Origin: Felis catus
Lineage: Eukaryota
Direction of reading: 5' to 3'
Length of the DNA: 64,000 bases
Assembly (NCBI RefSeq): GCF_018350175.1
Contig: NC_058382.1
Coordinates: 58,592,001 to 58,656,000 of the forward strand
The translations under genes were made by a program, and so were the position numbers. Positions 59,595 to 64,000 of the stretch are shown piece by piece (position 1 is the stretch's first letter; the number at the start of each line of letters is the position of its first letter). Under the pieces are notes generated by a model. That model was not told the origin of the DNA and did not search any database. It saw nothing but the letters and a program-made list of their open reading frames with translations.

Positions 59595-60186
59595 GCACTT
59601 CCATTGCATTTACTATAATCAGGGTTTCCGTATGGCTGATTTATCCACCTTGATCTTGGAGCAAACAGCATATTCTAGATTTACCCCTTCAGACGTCATG
59701 GCTCCACCTTCAACGGGCTCCGCTAGGCCCAGCAGATCCTATTAGATCCCATGCCACTGAGAGAAATGAGTCACTCAGTAGGTGATTACTAAGTGCCAAC
59801 CACCAAGCTTCATCTTTGGAGCTGAAGTTATAGCCATGAACAATTGCAACTAATGTATATCCCTCCAAGTAACAAATAAGTAAATAAAAGGAAAATGGAC
59901 ATTTTAAGGAACAAGAGGTTAAAGGGTTAGAAACCGAACACCTTGGAAAGGCCTGTAGCCCTGGTTTGCAGCTCGAGCGATTCACCTGGTGGCTTCAAGA
60001 GGTTTCTCCAAACTATCCATATTGACCCCACCCCAAACCAGCTGGGTTGAAGTCTCAGGTTGGGGGGGGGGCGGTGGTGGGGGTCAGGTGGGATCCCTAA
60101 CACATCTGAACTCAGTTAGTTAATGTCGAGAATCTCTGGCTTCTAATCAACCCTAGTGACAAATTCTGGGTTCTTCTTGCTCTAAT

Positions 60187-60358
60187 CTGGCCATTCTCAA
60201 GGTGGGTTCCCGGACCAGTGGCACCAGATCCCCCGGGAACTTATTAGAAACACCCGTTCTCAGGCCTCACCCATCCCCGTGGAATCAGTAACGGCATACA
60301 CGTCTGAGCACAAGCCTTCCGGGTGATTCCGAGGCGGCCTCAAGTCTGAGACCTCTGC
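60187..60358. mobile_element. MER5A hAT MITE
   Basis: ttctcaaggtgggttcccggaccag...gggaacttattagaaa...ttctcaggcctcaccc...gaatcag...acaagcc...ggtgattc...aagtctgaga. Confidence 0.75.
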
Positions 60359-60920
60359 CCTCGTCCGCGAAACGGGTCTGCTTGCTCTCGCCTCTGGGCT
60401 CCCTGCCTCATCCCAGCTGAGCACGGGCTCCTCAAGTCGGGGGCCCTCCTGAGGCTCCGGGTGGCCATCCGGGTCTCAACCCCTCTGCCAGCGCAGTCGG
60501 CTAGGGCGGCTTCCGGGAGGCGGCACGCAGCTTTGCCTGGGCTCAGTGGGAGGGGAGTGGTGACCAGTTAGGGGGGTCTGCAGTGTGGACAGCTCTGGAG
60601 CGCCCGCTTGGGGTCTGCAGTGTAGACAGCTCCAGAGCACCCAGTCGGGGTCCGCGGTGTGCATTTACACAACACATTTCCTTCCACATCAGAAACCTTT
60701 ATCACTGGAAAAACCCCAGAATCTTAGTTGGGGCGCCCTGTCCGTGTCTGTCTCCAGGCGGCTCTGGGTTTTGGCAGCTGCTTTACAGACCCAGCGAGAA
60801 AACCCCACGTTCACGGCCTTTTTAAAGTACCACGGGCTGAAATTCCACCTGTGTCCTTCCTGCCAGCTTCCACGTCCACATCACTCCCGGTTTTAATTCC
60901 TTCTCTCCTTTATTTTTTTT

Positions 60921-61141
60921 TTTCAAATTTTTTTTTTTTAACATTTATTTATTTTTGAGACAGAGAGAGACAGAGCATGAATGGGGGAGGGGCAGAGAGA
61001 GAAGGAGACACAGAATCAGAAGCAGGCTCCAGGCTCTGAGCCATCAGCCCAGAGCCTGACGCGGGGCTCGAACTCACGGACCGCGAGATCGTGACCTGGC
61101 TGAAGTCGGACGCTTAACCGACTGCGCCACCCAGGCGCCCC
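60921..61141 (-). mobile_element. Young-looking Can-SINE nested in the tail of the adjacent SINE
   Basis: CpG-intact body; TSD ctcctttatttttttt at 60905-60920 and 61143-61158. Confidence 0.98.
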
Positions 61142-61150
61142 ACTCCTTTA

Positions 61151-61183
61151 TTTTTTTTAAGTTTATTTATTTTGAGACAGAGA

Positions 61184-61237
<54 letters not shown>

Positions 61238-61363
61238 CCCAAGCAGGCTCTACACTGTCAGTGCAGAGCCGGATGTGGGGCTTGAACTCACGAACCGTGA
61301 GATCATGACCTGAGCCGAAACCAAGAGTCAGACTCTCAACCGACTGAGCCACCCAGGCGCCCC
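61151..61363 (-). mobile_element. Older Can-SINE with long (GA)n
   Basis: ggatcccaagcaggctctacactg variant; outer TSD tccttctctccttta at 60898-60912 and 61364-61378. Confidence 0.97.
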
Positions 61364-61744
61364 TCCTTCTCTCCTTTAAGACAAAGTTCATGTTTGGTCT
61401 GACTAGAAAAGGAATCTCTCTTCACGATAGAAAATTGGCAACGTGCTAAACAAAAAGCCGCAAGGCATGAAATTAAAATCATCTGAAATCCCACCTCCCG
61501 GAAGTAATTCACCGTTAACGCTAGTGTCCTTCCCGATCACGTGTCTCTCCACGACGCGGGGCAGGACGCTGAGCGGTGTGCGGACATTGCCCGATTACCT
61601 TCACTTAAAAATATGATGAGAGGCTTGTGGCTTCACTGGGAAAAGGAAGGGCCCGGGTCGTTGAGAAACCAAAGGAGAGGACGGTGCGGTCGCTGTGTGC
61701 CTCACCTGAGTGCATCTGGGGTGAGGATGCCTTCGGCACGGCCT

Positions 61745-62252
61745 CCCCGCAGCGGCTCGCTTCACATTTAAGTAATAAAAACAAGGGACTTTATGACTCA
61801 TAACACAACGCCCCCCCCGAGCCAGGAGTTCAGGCACAGTTGGATCCAGGCCCTTGGTGAATGTGGCAGTCTGCCCCTCTCCCTTCCCTTGGCTCTGCTT
61901 TTCTCTAGGTCGGTTTCATTTGGTCCGGGCACCAGTCTCTGGGAACTCTGGACCGAGGTGCAACCACTCAAGGCGCGTCACGTCAAGGTGAAGAATGTGC
62001 TTCGTTCTCCGCTGTCCCAGCAACACACTGAGGGTGACTCTTACAGGCCTGGTCATGTGGCATCTGAGCCCCCCACTGTGACTTGCGCTATCTGGGCCTG
62101 GGTCCTGTGTTTGCGCCTGAAGCTGGGGGGTGGCGTCATCCACACCTGAACCTCAAGGAGAGAAAGGACAGTCCCCCAGAGGAAACAGAGACGCTAATCC
62201 CTGAAGCGGGAGTAACAGCGGCCGGGCGGTCAGATAAAGGCTGTCCACTACC
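61745..62252 (-). mobile_element. MLT1K-like MaLR LTR
   Basis: ttcaggcacagttggatccagg...ggctctgcttttctc...ggtcatgtg...gaagctggggggtgg...cccccagaggaaa...gtccactac. Confidence 0.6.
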
Positions 62253-62754
62253 GTGCCAGAAATGCCACCATTTGATACACTCCTTTCAAGGCCCTCCAAA
62301 GACCAGGGTCTCTTTCCTGTGTCCTAACCTTTTGCTGCTCTGATGCGAGATCATTGCCAGCACTTGGGGACTGGGGTTTAGCGCTTGCAGGGACTTGAGG
62401 TCCTGGAGCAGGGCACAAGGAAGCCAGGAGGGAGAGAGAATTCTGGAGCTCAGGAAGCCTGAGTGGGAGGCTCTGGCATTCAGAGGATAGCGTGAGAGCC
62501 CTGGTGTGGGTGCTGGAAGTTTCCAAACAGAGAGAGAGGCTTATGGACAGGCTGCGTGATTTCACAATTCTGCTCCTGGGTCAGCCCCGTCACGGCAGGA
62601 CTTTTGAGCACATTCTCAGCCACTCCAGGCCGAGCTCTGGCTTCCATGTGCGACGACAGCTCATTCCAGGTGGAGCCGATTCCACGACCAACAGATGTGT
62701 CTCTGTTTATACTCGTTGCCTCACACCACCAATCCTCCTAGGTTCGGCTTTCAT

Positions 62755-62870
62755 GTTGTGGCCTCCTCCTGCAGGCTGGAATCTCCAAGAACATGAGGAG
62801 CATGTGTGGTTTGATCAGTATCGTCTCTCCAGGGCCTGGCACACAGCTGGTGCTCGATGAGCGCTTGGAT
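62755..62870 (+). mobile_element. L2 LINE 3' end
   Basis: tctccagggcctggcacacagctggtgctcgatgagcgcttggatggatg resembles the L2 terminus gcctggcacatagtaggcgctcaataaat..tgaatgaat. Confidence 0.65.
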
Positions 62871-63990
62871 GGATGATGGATGGGTGGTTGAGTAGATGCT
62901 GGATCGAATGGCTCTGTGGATGGGTGGGTGGGTGAATAGCTGGGTGGGTGGCTGGTTGGGTAGGTAACTGGGTGGGTGGGTGGCTGGCTGGGTGGTTGGC
63001 TGGGTGGGTGGGTGGTTGAGTGGGTGGATGGCTGGGTGTGTGTGTGGGTAGCTGGGTGTGTGGGTAGCTGGGTGTGTGGATGGGTGGGTAGCTGGGTGGG
63101 TGGGTGGCTGGTTGGGTGGTTGGCTGGGTGGGTGGGTGGTTGGGTGGGTAGATGGCTGGTTAGCTGGGTAGCTGGGTGGGTGGATGGCTGGTTGGGTGGT
63201 TGGCTGGGTGGGTGGGTGGTTGAGTGGGTGGATGGCTGGGTGTGTGTGTGTGGGTAGCTGGGTGGGTGGGTAGCTGGGTGGGTGGGTGGCTGGTTGGGTG
63301 GTTGGCTGGGTGGGTGGGTGGTTAGGTGGGTAGATGGCTGGTTAGCTGGGTAGCTGGGTGGGTGGATGGCTGGTTGGGTGGTTGGCTGGGTGGGTGGGTG
63401 GTTGAGTGGGTGGATGGCTGGGTGTGTGTGTGTGGGTAGCTGGGTGGGTGGGTAGCTGGGTGGGTGGGTGGCTGGGTGGGTGGGTGGTTGGGTGGGTGGG
63501 TGGTTGGGTGGGTAGATGGCTGGTTAGCTGGGTAGCTGGGTGGGTGGATGGCTGGTTGGGTGGTTGGCTGGGTGGGTGGATGGTTGAGTGGGTGGATGGC
63601 TGGGTGTGTGTGTGTGGGTAGCTGGGTGGGTGGCTGGGTGGGTGGTTGGCTGGGTGGTTGGGTGGGTAGATGGCTGGTTAGCTGGGTAGCTGGGTGGGTG
63701 GATGGCTGGTTGGGTGGTTGGCTGGGTGGGTGGATGGTTGAGTGGGTGGATGGCTGGGTGTGTGTGTGTGGGTAGCTGGGTGGGTGGCTGGGTGGGTGGG
63801 TGGCTGGGTGGGTGGTTGGCTGGGTGGTTGGGTGGGTAGATGGCTGGTTAGCTGGGTAGCTGGGTGGGTGGATGGCTGGTTGGGTGGTTGGCTGGGTGGG
63901 TGGATGGTTGAGTGGGTGGATGGCTGGGTGTGTGTGCGGGTAGCTGGATGTGTGGGTAGCTGGGTGGGTGGATGGTTGGGTGGGTAGATG
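62865..63990. repeat. G-rich (TGGG/TGGA/TGGC/TGGT)n satellite with higher-order blocks
   Basis: Landmark ttgagtgggtggatggctgggtgtg recurs at 63016, 63220, 63402, 63584, 63738 and 63908. Confidence 0.97.
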
Positions 63991-64000
63991 ACTGCATGAA

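Noticed and set aside
58720..59745. 341-aa ORF with a PSFL-rich hydrophobic stretch
   Set aside because: It is a translation of the (CCTT)n tract.
62976..63987. Trp/Gly/Val-rich ORFs
   Set aside because: They are translations of the TGGG satellite.

Overview
Mammalian genomic DNA, almost certainly from a felid: at least 14 tRNA-derived Can-SINEs of the feliform type are present. The window is very GC- and CpG-rich and looks intergenic or deep-intronic. I recognise no host protein-coding exon, true RNA gene or CRISPR array. The only ORF-track peptides I can place are decayed LINE-1 ORF2 pieces. The rest are consistent with chance ORFs in GC-rich DNA or read-through of tandem repeats. The window is a mosaic of old eutherian repeats (MIR, L2, L1M, MLT1 LTRs, hAT MITEs of MER5/MER20/MER33/MER58 type), carnivore SINEs (several with readable target-site duplications, some stacked or nested), three minisatellites (45, 57 and 36 bp units), a ~350 bp pyrimidine tract and a ~1.1 kb G-rich higher-order satellite. 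Repeat family names come from my recollection of consensus sequences, not from a search. I found no well-supported new biological system. The best leads are: a 57-bp VNTR built from an LTR terminus plus its flank; a VNTR multiplying a PBX-HOX-type motif next to a homeodomain-motif-rich block; patchy A/T-to-G/C rewriting of ancient repeats, suggesting GC-biased gene conversion; a satellite grown from an L2 tail; a well-formed 63-nt orphan exon; and several motif-dense candidate enhancers.
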